From Chloroflexota bacterium (GTDB lineage: Bacteria > Chloroflexota > UBA11872 > VXOZ01), in the NCBI GenBank assembly GCA_963663275.1, contig OY760183.1:1536001-1600000 (forward strand): a stretch of 64,000 bases of DNA. The letters are read 5' to 3'. The position numbers and the translations under genes were made by a program. The first letter of the stretch is position 1. Every line of letters begins with the position of its first letter. Below, one piece after another: positions 1-9,585 of this stretch. The notes beneath the pieces are model-generated. The model made no database searches. It was not told where the DNA came from and worked only from the letters and a program-made list of their open reading frames with translations.

Positions 1-48
1 AGAAATGAGCGTAGTTTTCACTCTCATCGCGTTTAATGCGACAACATT

Positions 49-170
49 GGGGACAAGCCCCCGCGCTACGTTAACGCGATAGCATTGGGGCTTGTCTCCC
101 GCCGGAACAAGAAGAATGTTAACGGAGTGCATTGACCCTACGGAAGACGCAGGTTACAAACCTGCGCTAC
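49..170. repeat. REP-like GTAG palindromes (family C at 49-69, family B at 149-170)
   Basis: GGGGACAAGCCCCCGCGCTAC and GCAGGTTACAAACCTGCGCTAC. Both recur elsewhere in the window and read GTAG plus hairpin on the minus strand. Confidence 0.8.
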
Positions 171-216
171 CGGAGAGCGGCGACGCCAATCTGCCCCAGG
201 TTTTGCGGAAGACTTC

Positions 217-1701
217 TCAGTGCCGCACGTCGGCGTTGCTGTACTCGGTGCGGAAGCCGGCGTGATTGGTGGCCGTATTGCGGCGGTCGGCGGTGGTCTC
301 GACCTGGGGCGCGCGCACGGGCAGGGCGCCATCTTCGAGGTAGAGCGAGTTCCGTGCTTGGTGTTTGGCGATTAGCTCCTGCCGGAGTTCCCGCTTCTTT
401 GCCGCATAGCGTGTTTCCTGGGCAAGATTCTGCAATTCCGCCGGGTCGTCGGCGAGATTGAAGAGGTGCTCCGTTGGGCCTTCCGGGTACCAGATGTACT
501 TCCAGCGGCCGTCGGTGATTGCCAGGTAGACGCAGGGGATGCGCTCCGCCTGCGGCCAGCGGGGGCCGCTCATGCCTTCCAGGTATTGGCGTGGGCAGTC
601 GAGTTCGCCGCGTGCCAGCGCCAGCAAGTCCTGTCCGTCGCTATTCTCCGGCGGGTCGCCTCCCGCAACCGAAACCAGCGTCGGCAAGATGTCCGCGTGC
701 GTGATTGGAGCGTCCACTATGGTTCCATGCCGGCGGTTGTCCCAGCTTTGCGGCATGCGCAGAATAAATGGCACGTGTGCGGAGGGTTCATAGAAGAAGG
801 TCTTGGCGCCGTTGCGGTGATCGCCCAGCATCTCGCCGTGGTCGGAGGCGAACATGATGAAGGTCTCGTTGAAGAGGCCGCAGTCCTCCAGGGCGCTGAT
901 AAGGCGGCCGATCACGTTGTCGATATGGGTGATGAGGCCGTAGTAGACCGCCCGCGCCGCGTGAATTGCCTCGTCAGGAATGCTGTCGAACGCCCGCCGC
1001 TGCGCCTGGCGCTGGAACGAAACCGGGCAGTCATCGCCGTCGCGCCACGCGCCGACGGCCGGCTCCGGTATGGGCGAGTTCATATACATGGAATAGTACG
1101 GCTCCGGCGCGTCCAGTGGCGGATGGGGCTTGGCGAACGAGCACCAGAGGAAGAACGGCAGCGTGGGGTCGCGGCGTACCAGGATGTATTCAACGCACTG
1201 CTCGGCGATCCAGGAAGTCAGGGTCAGGCTCTCCGGCACGGTCGCCAGGGTGGGATAGAGTTCGTTCTGGCCGATGCCGTGATGCATGGGCTGTTGCGCG
1301 CCGCCGGAATGGCGCATCCGGCGGTAGTAGTCGTCGGGCAGGATCATCTCCTCGAACCCGTGGCGCACGCGCTGCGGCCCGAAGTGCATCTTGCCAATGG
1401 CGGCGGTCTGGTAGCCGCGGGCGCGCAGGTAGGTCGGGAGCGTGCCCTCTCTGCCCATCACGTTCGAGGTCTGGTCGTTGTTCGCCACGCCGTGGGTGAA
1501 GACCTGCGTGCCGGTCATGATGCCGACACGGGCGGGCACGCAGAGCGGGCAATCGGCGTAGGCGCGGCTGAACTGCACGCCCTGGTAGCCCAGCAGGTCG
1601 ATGTGCGGCGTGCGCAGGAATGGCGGCTTGGCTGCGCCTACGGTATCGAACCGCTGCTGGTCGGTGGTGATGAGCAGGATGTTGGGCGGTGTCTGGGACA
1701 T
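217..1701 (-). CDS. Sulfatase (formylglycine-dependent, choline-sulfatase-like family)
   Basis: PNILLITTDQQR N-terminus, CVPAR (CxPxR) motif, GKMH, KPHPP and SDHG motifs. Start placed at ATG 1701 after AGAGAGG; the ORF-track extension runs through repeats. Confidence 0.92.
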   Translation of the reverse strand: MSQTPPNILLITTDQQRFDTVGAAKPPFLRTPHIDLLGYQGVQFSRAYADCPLCVPARVGIMTGTQVFTHGVANNDQTSNVMGREGTLPTYLRARGYQTAAIGKMHFGPQRVRHGFEEMILPDDYYRRMRHSGGAQQPMHHGIGQNELYPTLATVPESLTLTSWIAEQCVEYILVRRDPTLPFFLWCSFAKPHPPLDAPEPYYSMYMNSPIPEPAVGAWRDGDDCPVSFQRQAQRRAFDSIPDEAIHAARAVYYGLITHIDNVIGRLISALEDCGLFNETFIMFASDHGEMLGDHRNGAKTFFYEPSAHVPFILRMPQSWDNRRHGTIVDAPITHADILPTLVSVAGGDPPENSDGQDLLALARGELDCPRQYLEGMSGPRWPQAERIPCVYLAITDGRWKYIWYPEGPTEHLFNLADDPAELQNLAQETRYAAKKRELRQELIAKHQARNSLYLEDGALPVRAPQVETTADRRNTATNHAGFRTEYSNADVRH

Positions 1702-1773
1702 ACCTCTCTTAATCTCTCCGAGTAGATGGCGCTGGTAATCCGGCAAGGTTGGTTTAGACGGCCAAGTGCAACG

Positions 1774-1998
1774 GTAGCACAGGTTTGTAACCTGTGCACG
1801 CGCGAGTGCGCTGGTATCTTTCATAGCTCCCGAGCAAACGTAGCGCGGGGGCTTGTCCCCCGCCTCCGGATTTCCGATTGCGTTGGGATGACGATGGCGG
1901 ACGCAGGTTACAAACCTGCGCTACCGGAGAGGACAGGCGCAGGTTACAAATCTCTCACCTACCGGAGACAACGGGCGCAGGTTACAAACCTGCGCTAC
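1774..1998. repeat. Cluster of REP-like palindromes (family B x4, family C x1)
   Basis: GTAGCACAGGTTTGTAACCTGTGC at 1774-1797, GTAGCGCGGGGGCTTGTCCCCCGC at 1840-1863, GCAGGTTACAAACCTGCGCTAC at 1903-1924 and 1977-1998, and a partial copy near 1939. Confidence 0.85.
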
Positions 1999-2132
1999 CG
2001 GAGCGGAACCGCCTAATTCGGCTACGTTCGGGGCGGTGACAGGCTCTGGCAGGGCAATGACGGACTCAAGCCGGCCGTATTCGGGGTAATTGGGGCTACG
2101 GTCAGGCGCTCCCGCGGTGAGGGAGCAAATGA

Positions 2133-2164
2133 CGGCGGGGCCGGACACACGTCCGGCCCCGCCG
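2133..2164 (-). terminator. Strong hairpin downstream of the SBP gene (probable terminator or stabiliser)
   Basis: CGGCGGGGCCGGAC-acac-GTCCGGCCCCGCCG, a 14-bp perfect stem about 30 nt after the stop codon. The U-tract is weak. Confidence 0.5.
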
Positions 2165-2195
2165 CGCGTTCACAAAAGGCGCAATCGCAACGCCG

Positions 2196-3590
2196 TTAGC
2201 CGCCGGCGAAGTACGCGGCCATCTCGTCGGTGATGAGTTTCTGGAACCAGTCCGCGTACTCGCGGGTGTCGATCTGGCCCAGTTGGTACTGTTCGCGGTA
2301 GCGCGGCCTTGCCTCGCTGCGAATCTTCTCCCAGGCGCTGTACTTCAACATGCCCCAGCCGTGGGGGCGGGTCTGCTGCGCTTGGAGGAAGTAAGCCTTG
2401 GGGTCGATGCCAAGCTGGTTGCGGAACTCAGCCTGGGAGACCTCGGAGTACGCCGGGTCCAGGAACGGCGAGACGACGTGTCCGGCCGTGCGCGGGAAGC
2501 GTCCGGCGTTTTCCGGCGTCATGAACCAGGTAAAGACCGTCCACGAGGCGTCCTTGGTCTCTTCATTGCCGATTTGCAGGCCGTGGTTCGAGATGCGGGC
2601 CGAGCGGCTGGGGCCGTCGCCGTCGTACGGCAGCGTGCCAGCGGCCCAGTTGAAATTCGTGTCCTGGTTGATGAAGGAGACTTGCATGCCGATCTTGCCG
2701 GTGACGAAGGTATTCATGCGCTGGCCGCCCTTCAACTCGTTGGTTTCGTCCGGGTTGGGCTGCACGTGGTACTTGACCTCGGTCACGTCCCGCCAGAACT
2801 CGAGGCCCTGCATGATGCCGGGCGAATTGATGAAGGCGACTTTGTTCTCGTCGTCCCACGGGCCCTGCCCAAAGTAGGTGCCGGTGGTTTCGCCGGCCGC
2901 GTTGCCGCCGCCCAGGCTGCCGCCAAAGCCGAACTGCCCGTCGCCGGTCAGCTTCTGCGCGTACTCCAGGAAGGTATCCATGTTCCACCACTTGGCGCTC
3001 GTATCAACCGGCGGTTCCTGGAGGCCGGCCTCGGCAAACATGTCCTTGTTGTAGGCCATGGCGTCGGACGAGGTGCTGATGGGCATGCCGCCCAGCACGC
3101 CGTCCAGCACCCATTCGAACAGGGACGACTCGATGTACATCTCCGCCGGCACGAGTTTGGCGGCCTTGAAGAACTCGGTGAGGTCGAGGATGGCGCCGGC
3201 CTGGTACATGCGGTCCCACGTCAGCCAGCCGTTGTGCACGAAGTCGAAGGAGACGCCGCCGGCGTGGGCGGTCATGAACTTCTCGTAGACGCCGCGCCAA
3301 CCGCCGGCCTGGCCGACCACCTCCACCTGGATGTCGGCGTGCTGGTCGTTGAAGTCGTTGAAGATGGCGATTTCCTTCTCCTGGCGCGCCGGGCTCTCCG
3401 GCGAGGCGTAGACGAGGGTCACCACTTCCTTGGCTTCGGGCTGCGCCTCTTCCGCGGGCGCCTCTTCTTCCGCCGGAGCCGCTTCACCGCCGGTCATTTG
3501 CGCTTGGCCGCAGGCCGCGAGCAGGCCGGCCGCGCCCAGCGCGGTACCGGTACCGAGCAGCCGTCTGCGGGTAATGTGAAAGTCGGACAT
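2196..3590 (-). CDS. ABC transporter sugar-type extracellular solute-binding lipoprotein with Tat signal
   Basis: MSDFHITRRRLLG twin-arginine motif, LLAAC lipobox, Ala/Glu/Pro linker, and SBP_bac_1-like motifs (YNKDMFAEAG, FVTGKIGM). SD AGGAGGGAG precedes ATG 3590. Confidence 0.9.
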   Translation of the reverse strand: MSDFHITRRRLLGTGTALGAAGLLAACGQAQMTGGEAAPAEEEAPAEEAQPEAKEVVTLVYASPESPARQEKEIAIFNDFNDQHADIQVEVVGQAGGWRGVYEKFMTAHAGGVSFDFVHNGWLTWDRMYQAGAILDLTEFFKAAKLVPAEMYIESSLFEWVLDGVLGGMPISTSSDAMAYNKDMFAEAGLQEPPVDTSAKWWNMDTFLEYAQKLTGDGQFGFGGSLGGGNAAGETTGTYFGQGPWDDENKVAFINSPGIMQGLEFWRDVTEVKYHVQPNPDETNELKGGQRMNTFVTGKIGMQVSFINQDTNFNWAAGTLPYDGDGPSRSARISNHGLQIGNEETKDASWTVFTWFMTPENAGRFPRTAGHVVSPFLDPAYSEVSQAEFRNQLGIDPKAYFLQAQQTRPHGWGMLKYSAWEKIRSEARPRYREQYQLGQIDTREYADWFQKLITDEMAAYFAGG

Positions 3591-3831
3591 GACTCTCCCT
3601 CCTGATTGCGCTTCAGCCTTGAACCCATTGCAGCGATTGAGATGTATTTCAATCTCATAGCTGCTGGGGGCAGTATAGTCTCTTGCTTTTTCTGTTGTCA
3701 AGCGTGTGAGCGCCTGATTCCTGGAGGCGCAGGGGCGACTGCCGCGGGTGTGGGCGCATCCCACAGGCGTAGGGGGAGCGCTCTCCCTGAATACGTGGGC
3801 ACTCCCTGAAGGCGTAGGGGCACTCCCTGAA

Positions 3832-4134
3832 GAGACCTCTACGAAACCTCGCTGAGAGCCGAAAAGTTCCCTCTCCCTGGGGAGAGGGTTAGGGTGAGGG
3901 GAGATTATGCGGCGACTCGTATCCACATCTTGCGAAATGGGGCGGAACTGACGAGGATTCCCCCTCACCCCGGCCCTCTCCCCAGGGAGAGGGAGTCTGA
4001 TCGCGCGCCGACCTATGTTTCGCAAAGGTCTCCACAGAGAGAGGGGGTAGAAAGAGCGCCGCCCAAGGTTACGCAAAGGTCTCCCCAGGGAGAGGGAGAC
4101 TTCACGCCTGCCGGCTTAGTTATGCAAGGGTCTC
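3832..4134. mobile_element. MITE-like composite element, copy 1 (GAGACC..GCGTAAC-type termini enclosing CCCTCTCCC-N-GGGAGAGGG palindromes)
   Basis: Left end GAGACCTCTACGAAAC at 3832. Right ends of the GTTTCGCAAAGGTCTC type finish at 4032, 4083 and 4134. The interior is homologous in reverse orientation to 9234-9455. Confidence 0.65.
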
Positions 4135-4142
4135 CTGAAGGT

Positions 4143-4170
4143 GTAGGGGCACGACATGTCGTGCCCCTAC
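4143..4170. repeat. Perfect 28-bp REP-like palindrome (family D)
   Basis: GTAGGGGCACGACATGTCGTGCCCCTAC, with identical copies at 17265-17292 and 54273-54300. Confidence 0.9.
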
Positions 4171-4196
4171 ACCTGGGTATGGCGGAAAGGCGTGCC

Positions 4197-5582
4197 CTAG
4201 GCGCTCCCCAGATCGCCTTCCAGGAAATCCACGAACTGGCGGGCGGTGCGGCCGGAGAAGCCGTTCTGCTGCTGTGCCCAGGTGACGGCGCGGGCGTGGA
4301 GGTCCGCCTCAGCGAGCGGCAGGTTGCGCTGCGCGGCGAGGGCAGTCACGATCGTAAGATACTGCGCCTGCGTCGGCGCCGTGAACGTAACGCGGATGCC
4401 GAAGCGGTCGCTCAGGGAGAAGGTCTCTTGCAGCGTCTCCTTGGGATGCACCTCGCCGTCCAGGATGCCCGCGCGGTCCGCGAAGTTTTCGCGGATGAGG
4501 TGGCTGCGGTTCGAGGTGGCGTAGATGACGACGTTGCGCGGTTGGGCCGCCACGCTGCCTTCCAGGATGGCTTTCAGGGCTTTGTAGTCGGTCTCGTGGG
4601 GCTCGAACGAGAGGTCGTCCACGAAGACGACGAACGACTGGGGCCGTTCGCGGAGCTTCTCGACAATGAGGTGAAAGTCGCCGAGGTCGTCTTTGGCCAC
4701 CTCGAGCAGGCGCAGGCCGCGCCCGCCGTAGCGGCGCAGCAGCGCCTTGATCGACGAGGATTTGCCGGTGCCGCGGTCGCCGCAGAGCAGCACGTTGTTG
4801 GCGCGGTAGCCCGCCAGCAGGTGCTCCGTATTCCGCATGAGCAGCCGGCGCTGGCGATCGTCGCCGATGAGTTCCTCCAGGCGAATGGGATCGGGATGGG
4901 CAATGCCTTGCAAGCGACCGCCAGAGTCGTCATGCACCCAGCGAAAGGCGCTGTAGCGGGCGAAATCCCCGGCGCCATGCCGGCGGTAGTGGGCCGCAAG
5001 CGGAGCAACTGCTTCCCGCCAGTCTTGTAGTGACGAAAGCCACTCGTAGATGTCCTGCTCGTACTCATCGTTGTCCGCTGCGTCCGGAGCGGAAAACCCA
5101 TCCCAGGCCAGATAGCGGAGTGTCTCATCCGGTGCGAGCTGACGCGCCAACGTCTGCCAGGCTGCGGCGTTGAGGTCGAACAATCGTTGGAGAATTGAGA
5201 GGTCTTCTTCCGCAAGAGACCGCAGGGCGGTACTCAAGCCATTGGGGCCGGTCAGTGCGGCTCTCTGTGTGAAGGCATTCTCAGCCTCACGAATCTGTTG
5301 GACCAGGAAGCGCTGCCAAGCGTCGCCATGCACCCGCCCGGCGTGGCGTTCGCTGTACTGCGCGAGCAAACCGCTCAGTTTGGCAGCGGCCGCGACAAAC
5401 CGGTATGGCGGATCTCCCGCCGCCACGCAGCGCAGCATGGCGCAATAGCTCTGAAGAATCTCGTCGTGAAGCACGTGGGTATACAGCGCGAGTCGCTCGA
5501 GGCTGTTGAGAATGGTCTGCGCTTCTTGGGCGGAAATGGGAGTGTTGGCGGATATACCCACGCTTGATTGTCTCGGTTTCAC
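4197..5582 (-). CDS. DUF815-family AAA+ ATP-binding protein
   Basis: NNVLLCGDRGTGKSS Walker A, FVDDLSF Walker B, YATSNR, SLSDRFG and GFSGRTARQF motifs typical of DUF815. Confidence 0.85.
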   Translation of the reverse strand: MKPRQSSVGISANTPISAQEAQTILNSLERLALYTHVLHDEILQSYCAMLRCVAAGDPPYRFVAAAAKLSGLLAQYSERHAGRVHGDAWQRFLVQQIREAENAFTQRAALTGPNGLSTALRSLAEEDLSILQRLFDLNAAAWQTLARQLAPDETLRYLAWDGFSAPDAADNDEYEQDIYEWLSSLQDWREAVAPLAAHYRRHGAGDFARYSAFRWVHDDSGGRLQGIAHPDPIRLEELIGDDRQRRLLMRNTEHLLAGYRANNVLLCGDRGTGKSSSIKALLRRYGGRGLRLLEVAKDDLGDFHLIVEKLRERPQSFVVFVDDLSFEPHETDYKALKAILEGSVAAQPRNVVIYATSNRSHLIRENFADRAGILDGEVHPKETLQETFSLSDRFGIRVTFTAPTQAQYLTIVTALAAQRNLPLAEADLHARAVTWAQQQNGFSGRTARQFVDFLEGDLGSA

Positions 5583-5698
5583 AGCGCTGCGCGCACATGC
5601 AGAATACCTGCATGTGCCTCTGCGCGACTCATGGTCTCACTTTTGCATGACGAAGCCAATGTCAGGCCCGGCCTCTTGGGCATGCGGCAAATTGAGTA

Positions 5699-7114
5699 CT
5701 ACGATAGCGGCAACCACTTTGCCGCCCAACGCCGCCAGGGGTCTGTCGTTTCGTTCATCCAGACCATGAGGCGGCGCTCCAGGTCCCGCCGCGCGTCCTG
5801 ATAGGCCGGGTCTTCGCAGCGGTTCTCCAACTCATGGGGATCCCGCGCCAGGTCGTAGAGTTCGTCTACGGCATGCGGGTTATACACAAACTTATAGTGC
5901 GCATAGCGAATCATGCGGGAGGAAAAGAGACCCACTTCGTCACCGTGAAACTCGCAGCCCAACGTGTCCCGCCACGAAGCGTGCTCCGGGTCGCGCCACA
6001 GCGGTTGCAAGGCGCTGCCGTCCATATTCTCCGGGGCAGGCAGGTCTGCGGCCTCCAGAATGGTGGGCATGATGTCGATGAGGCTGGCGAACCGCGCCGT
6101 GGCGGTTCCCGCGGGAATCTGCCCGGGCCAGCGCATGATCAAGGGAATGTGGTAAACCTCCTGATAGAGCAGGGGGCCTTTGTTGAATTGACCGTGGCTG
6201 CCGGTGAAGTCGCCGTGATCGGTATTGTAGATAACGAGGGTATCGTCACGAATGCCGAGGTCGTCCAGCGTTTGCAGGAGCTTGGCAAAGAGGGAATCGA
6301 GATAGGTCACGTAGCCAAAGTACTTGGCTACGGCCGGTTGCCAGTCTGCCCACGTGAAGTTGTGCACGCCCCGATGAAACTTGTGCCGGACGTGCACCTG
6401 CGGCTTGTTTTCGAATTCATCGTGAAAATTCGGCCAGGGTGGAATCTGCTGCGGATCGTAGAGTGAGGCCCAAGGCTCAGGTATCACGTAGGGATGATGG
6501 GGTCCATTGAAGTCTACGCGCAAATAGAACGGCTGTCTGTGCTCGTACTCGCGGAGCAGGCGCATGCCTTCCTCCGCAAAGTAGTACATCAGGTTCCCCT
6601 CTTCCGGATACTGCTCGGTACCGGAGATGATGAACGTATCATTGGCGTAGTCGGCATAGACCGCGTCCGGCGGGGTTGGCGGACGCGCGGGCAGGCCGAG
6701 TTGCCGCCGGTAGCCGGCTATGCTCTGCGCCCCCACGTCGTGAAAGCCACGCGACTTGGGTTCGCCTTTGCGCCCAATATGCCACTTGCCGACGTGTCCG
6801 AGCCGGTAGCCGGCCTCATTCAGCAACTCGCTGAAGGTGATTTCCTCCGCAGGCAACTCCTCCTGAAGGGTTTCTGGCTGGCTGCAATTGTTGTAGATGC
6901 CGTTGTTGTGGGGATAGCGCCCCGTAACCATGGAAGCGCGCGCGGGCGAGCAAATCCCCGCGGGTGTGTAGGCTTCACCATAGTTGATGCCTTCCTGCGC
7001 CAAGCGATCCAGCGTGGGCGTGCGGCAGATGGGGCTGCCGTTCACGCCGACCACGTCGGAGCGCATCTGGTCGACCATGAGATGGAGAATGTTGGGTCGA
7101 TCCGACTGTGGCAT
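5699..7114 (-). CDS. Sulfatase
   Basis: RPNILHLMVDQMR, CSPAR (CxPxR), GKWH, GPHHP, TDHG and ELYDLARDPHELEN motifs. Start placed at ATG 7114. Confidence 0.92.
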   Translation of the reverse strand: MPQSDRPNILHLMVDQMRSDVVGVNGSPICRTPTLDRLAQEGINYGEAYTPAGICSPARASMVTGRYPHNNGIYNNCSQPETLQEELPAEEITFSELLNEAGYRLGHVGKWHIGRKGEPKSRGFHDVGAQSIAGYRRQLGLPARPPTPPDAVYADYANDTFIISGTEQYPEEGNLMYYFAEEGMRLLREYEHRQPFYLRVDFNGPHHPYVIPEPWASLYDPQQIPPWPNFHDEFENKPQVHVRHKFHRGVHNFTWADWQPAVAKYFGYVTYLDSLFAKLLQTLDDLGIRDDTLVIYNTDHGDFTGSHGQFNKGPLLYQEVYHIPLIMRWPGQIPAGTATARFASLIDIMPTILEAADLPAPENMDGSALQPLWRDPEHASWRDTLGCEFHGDEVGLFSSRMIRYAHYKFVYNPHAVDELYDLARDPHELENRCEDPAYQDARRDLERRLMVWMNETTDPWRRWAAKWLPLS

Positions 7115-7344
7115 GGAAGCATCCCCGCTGTGTTGTCCTGGCTGCAAGTCCCTCCGGTCAGGAAAACAGTATATCACTCCGGCGGCGGTAGCCGCGCCGC
7201 GCGGCCGCGGCGCTGGTGACGCCGCGATGAAGGGATAGGCCGGGCGCGGGCTTCTCCTATTTCGGTCGGCGCCACTTTACACGATGCGGCAATTAGTGAT
7301 ATAGGTATGAATAGTGTATTTTCCGCCTAGTAGAATTGGAGACG

Positions 7345-9012
7345 ATGATGTCCCTAATCCAACGTATTGGAATCCGATCCGCCGTTTGGTGGCTGACGGC
7401 CTTGTTGTTTGCCGCCGTGTTGGCCGCGGGCTGCGCGGTGCAGCCGGTAACGATACAGGACGACGAGGCGCTGACGCTGGCGTACGTGGCCGAGGCCATC
7501 GAGTTCTTCGAGGAGAATGGGCTGGAGGCCACCGTCGAGCGCTACAATACCGAGGCCAGCATCGAGGGCGAACGGTCGCTGCTGCTCATCGACGTCGAAG
7601 AGGGCGTGGTGCTGGCGTCCGGAGCCGTCCCGAATCTTGTGGGCCAGTACGTTGGCCCCGGCGGGAACTTTCCGGTTGCCGCGCAATTGATGGAGAACGC
7701 CGCCGCAGATGGCTACTGGACCTCGCGGCAGGGGGTCAATTCGGCTACCGGCCAAGTTGAACCCCGGCGCATTCTTGCCGTGCTGCACGAGGGCCTCGTA
7801 TTCTCTGCGGGCCACTCGCTGTTGCAGGAGAACGTGGAAGAGGCCACGAAGGATTACGTGAACCGGGCGATCGAGCGCTACCAGCAAGAGGGCCTGGACG
7901 CCACCATCGCCTACTATAACAGCCAGGATAGCGTCGAGGGCCAGTTCTATCTCTTCCTGATGGACGCAAACGACATCTATCTGGCGCACCCGATCTTTCC
8001 GCATCTGATTGGCACGGACCTGAAGGACGTGGTCGGTTCGGACGGCCAGGAACTGGGCAAGGAGATCGCGCAGGCGACGGCGGACGGGTTGTGGGTGGAA
8101 TACCTGTGGCCGCATCCGGCGACCAGGCGGGAGCAGAAGAAGATTGCCTGGGCGGTAAGGCACGACGGGCTGCTGTTTGCCTCCGGCTACTATCTGGGAG
8201 AGCCGGAGACTGAGGAACCGGCGTGGCGCGGCGCGGACCCACGGGAGTACACGTTAGCCTACGTAGAGCGGGCGATCGAGCGGTACCAGCAGGGCGGGCT
8301 GGAGGCGCTGCTGAACCACTACAACAGCGTCGCCAGCTTCGAGGGCCAGTGGTATCTCTTTGCCACGGACGCGGACGACATCTACATCGTGCATCCGCTG
8401 CTAAACCGGCTGATCGGGACGGACATCAAGGACGTGGTGGGTTCGGACGGATACGAGTTGGGCAAGGCCTTGGCCGCGGCGACGGCAGAAGAAGGCGTGT
8501 GGGTAGAGTACCTGTGGCCGCATCCGGTGACGCTGAAGCAAGTGCCAAAGGTGGGCTACGCGGTGCGCTACGACGGACTCCTCTTTGCCTCGGGCTACTA
8601 CCCGGCGGAAGAAGACCCGGCGGCGCGGACGCGGGAGTACGTGCAGGAAGCGATCGCGTACTACGAGCGCGAGGGGTTGGAAGCCACGGTGAAGTTCTAT
8701 AACTCTGAGGAGAGTTTCGACGGGCAGTGGAATCTCTCGGTGTGGGACGCGAACGGCATCGCGATTGTCGCTCCCGTCCTCACCCGCTCGCTCGGCACGC
8801 ACATCGAGGACGTGAGGTTGCGGAGCGGCCGGGAACTCGGCAAGGAGTTTGCGGCAGCGGCTGAAGCCGGCGGTTGGGTGACCTACGCTGTGCCGAATGT
8901 CAGAACGTCGGAGGCCTTGTACGCTCACCAGTGGGTAATCAAGCACGACGGGCTGATCTTCGCGTCGCGCTACTACGACGACCAAGCCGACGTGCCTGAG
9001 GAAGGGCAATAA
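7345..9012 (+). CDS. Lipoprotein with four tandem single-Cache-like domains
   Basis: LAAGC lipobox. Four repeats of about 125 aa (YV.xAI..Y...GL.A....YN...S.eG.wYlF ... G.WV.Y.WP.P ... DGLlFaSGYY). No C-terminal TM or signalling domain. Confidence 0.75.
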   Translation: MMSLIQRIGIRSAVWWLTALLFAAVLAAGCAVQPVTIQDDEALTLAYVAEAIEFFEENGLEATVERYNTEASIEGERSLLLIDVEEGVVLASGAVPNLVGQYVGPGGNFPVAAQLMENAAADGYWTSRQGVNSATGQVEPRRILAVLHEGLVFSAGHSLLQENVEEATKDYVNRAIERYQQEGLDATIAYYNSQDSVEGQFYLFLMDANDIYLAHPIFPHLIGTDLKDVVGSDGQELGKEIAQATADGLWVEYLWPHPATRREQKKIAWAVRHDGLLFASGYYLGEPETEEPAWRGADPREYTLAYVERAIERYQQGGLEALLNHYNSVASFEGQWYLFATDADDIYIVHPLLNRLIGTDIKDVVGSDGYELGKALAAATAEEGVWVEYLWPHPVTLKQVPKVGYAVRYDGLLFASGYYPAEEDPAARTREYVQEAIAYYEREGLEATVKFYNSEESFDGQWNLSVWDANGIAIVAPVLTRSLGTHIEDVRLRSGRELGKEFAAAAEAGGWVTYAVPNVRTSEALYAHQWVIKHDGLIFASRYYDDQADVPEEGQ

Positions 9013-9109
9013 AGCGAGTAGGCGCAGTGGTGCGACGAGGCACGCTGCGGCGCGTGTGCCGGTGGGGGCCTTTTCCCCGCTGCGCTCGCGCGGGATAAGC
9101 TAGGCAAAC

Positions 9110-9147
9110 GGAGAGGCGGGGGAACACTCCCCCGCCTCCTCTACTTT
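9110..9147 (+). terminator. Probable intrinsic terminator
   Basis: GAGGCGGGGGA-acac-TCCCCCGCCTC hairpin followed by a pyrimidine/T-rich tail, downstream of the Cache gene. Confidence 0.5.
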
Positions 9148-9505
9148 AGGAGACTCTTGGGCATAGGTCTCCTATGCGCATAGGAGACCTTTACTTTAGG
9201 AGACCCTTGCGTGTAGGAGGCCTTCGCGTATAGGAGGCTTTTGCGTAACATAGGTCGGCGTGCGCTCAGGCCCCCTCTCCCTGGGGAGAGGGCCGGGGTG
9301 AAGGGGGAATCCGCGTCGGTTCCGCCCCATCTTGCAAGAATTGGGAATGATTCACCGCGAAATCTCCCCTCACCCTAATCCTCTCCCCACAGGAGAGGGA
9401 ATAAGAGGCGCGCGCTGGGGTTCGTCCGCTCCTTCTCCAGTTACGCAAAGGTCTCCACAGGGAGAGGGGACTGTTCGCCTCTCAGTGAAGTTTCGCAAAG
9501 GTCTC
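9148..9505. mobile_element. MITE-like composite element, copy 2, preceded by a stack of decayed terminal repeats
   Basis: Tandem TAGGAGACC/TAGGAGGC units at 9147-9250. The body 9234-9455 is homologous to 3832-4032 in inverted orientation. Right ends GTT(A/T)CGCAAAGGTCTC finish at 9455 and 9505. Confidence 0.65.
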
Positions 9506-9585
9506 TTTAGGGGTTGTGCGCCCCGGCCCCTTTGGGATGTTCCCGGCGCAGTGCGGCGCGCCGCCGCGCGCTCATGGGCGGCGGG

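Noticed and set aside
1774-1998. Possible CRISPR array from recurring GCAGGTTACAAACCTGCGCTAC
   Set aside because: Spacing is irregular, orientation is mixed and copies are dispersed elsewhere, which fits REP-like repeats.
3591-4076. Long N-terminal extension of the SBP ORF (similar extensions at 1702-1824, 17336-17467 and 40248-40394)
   Set aside because: These extensions translate repeat DNA or the neighbouring gene. SD sequences or family N-termini mark the downstream starts.
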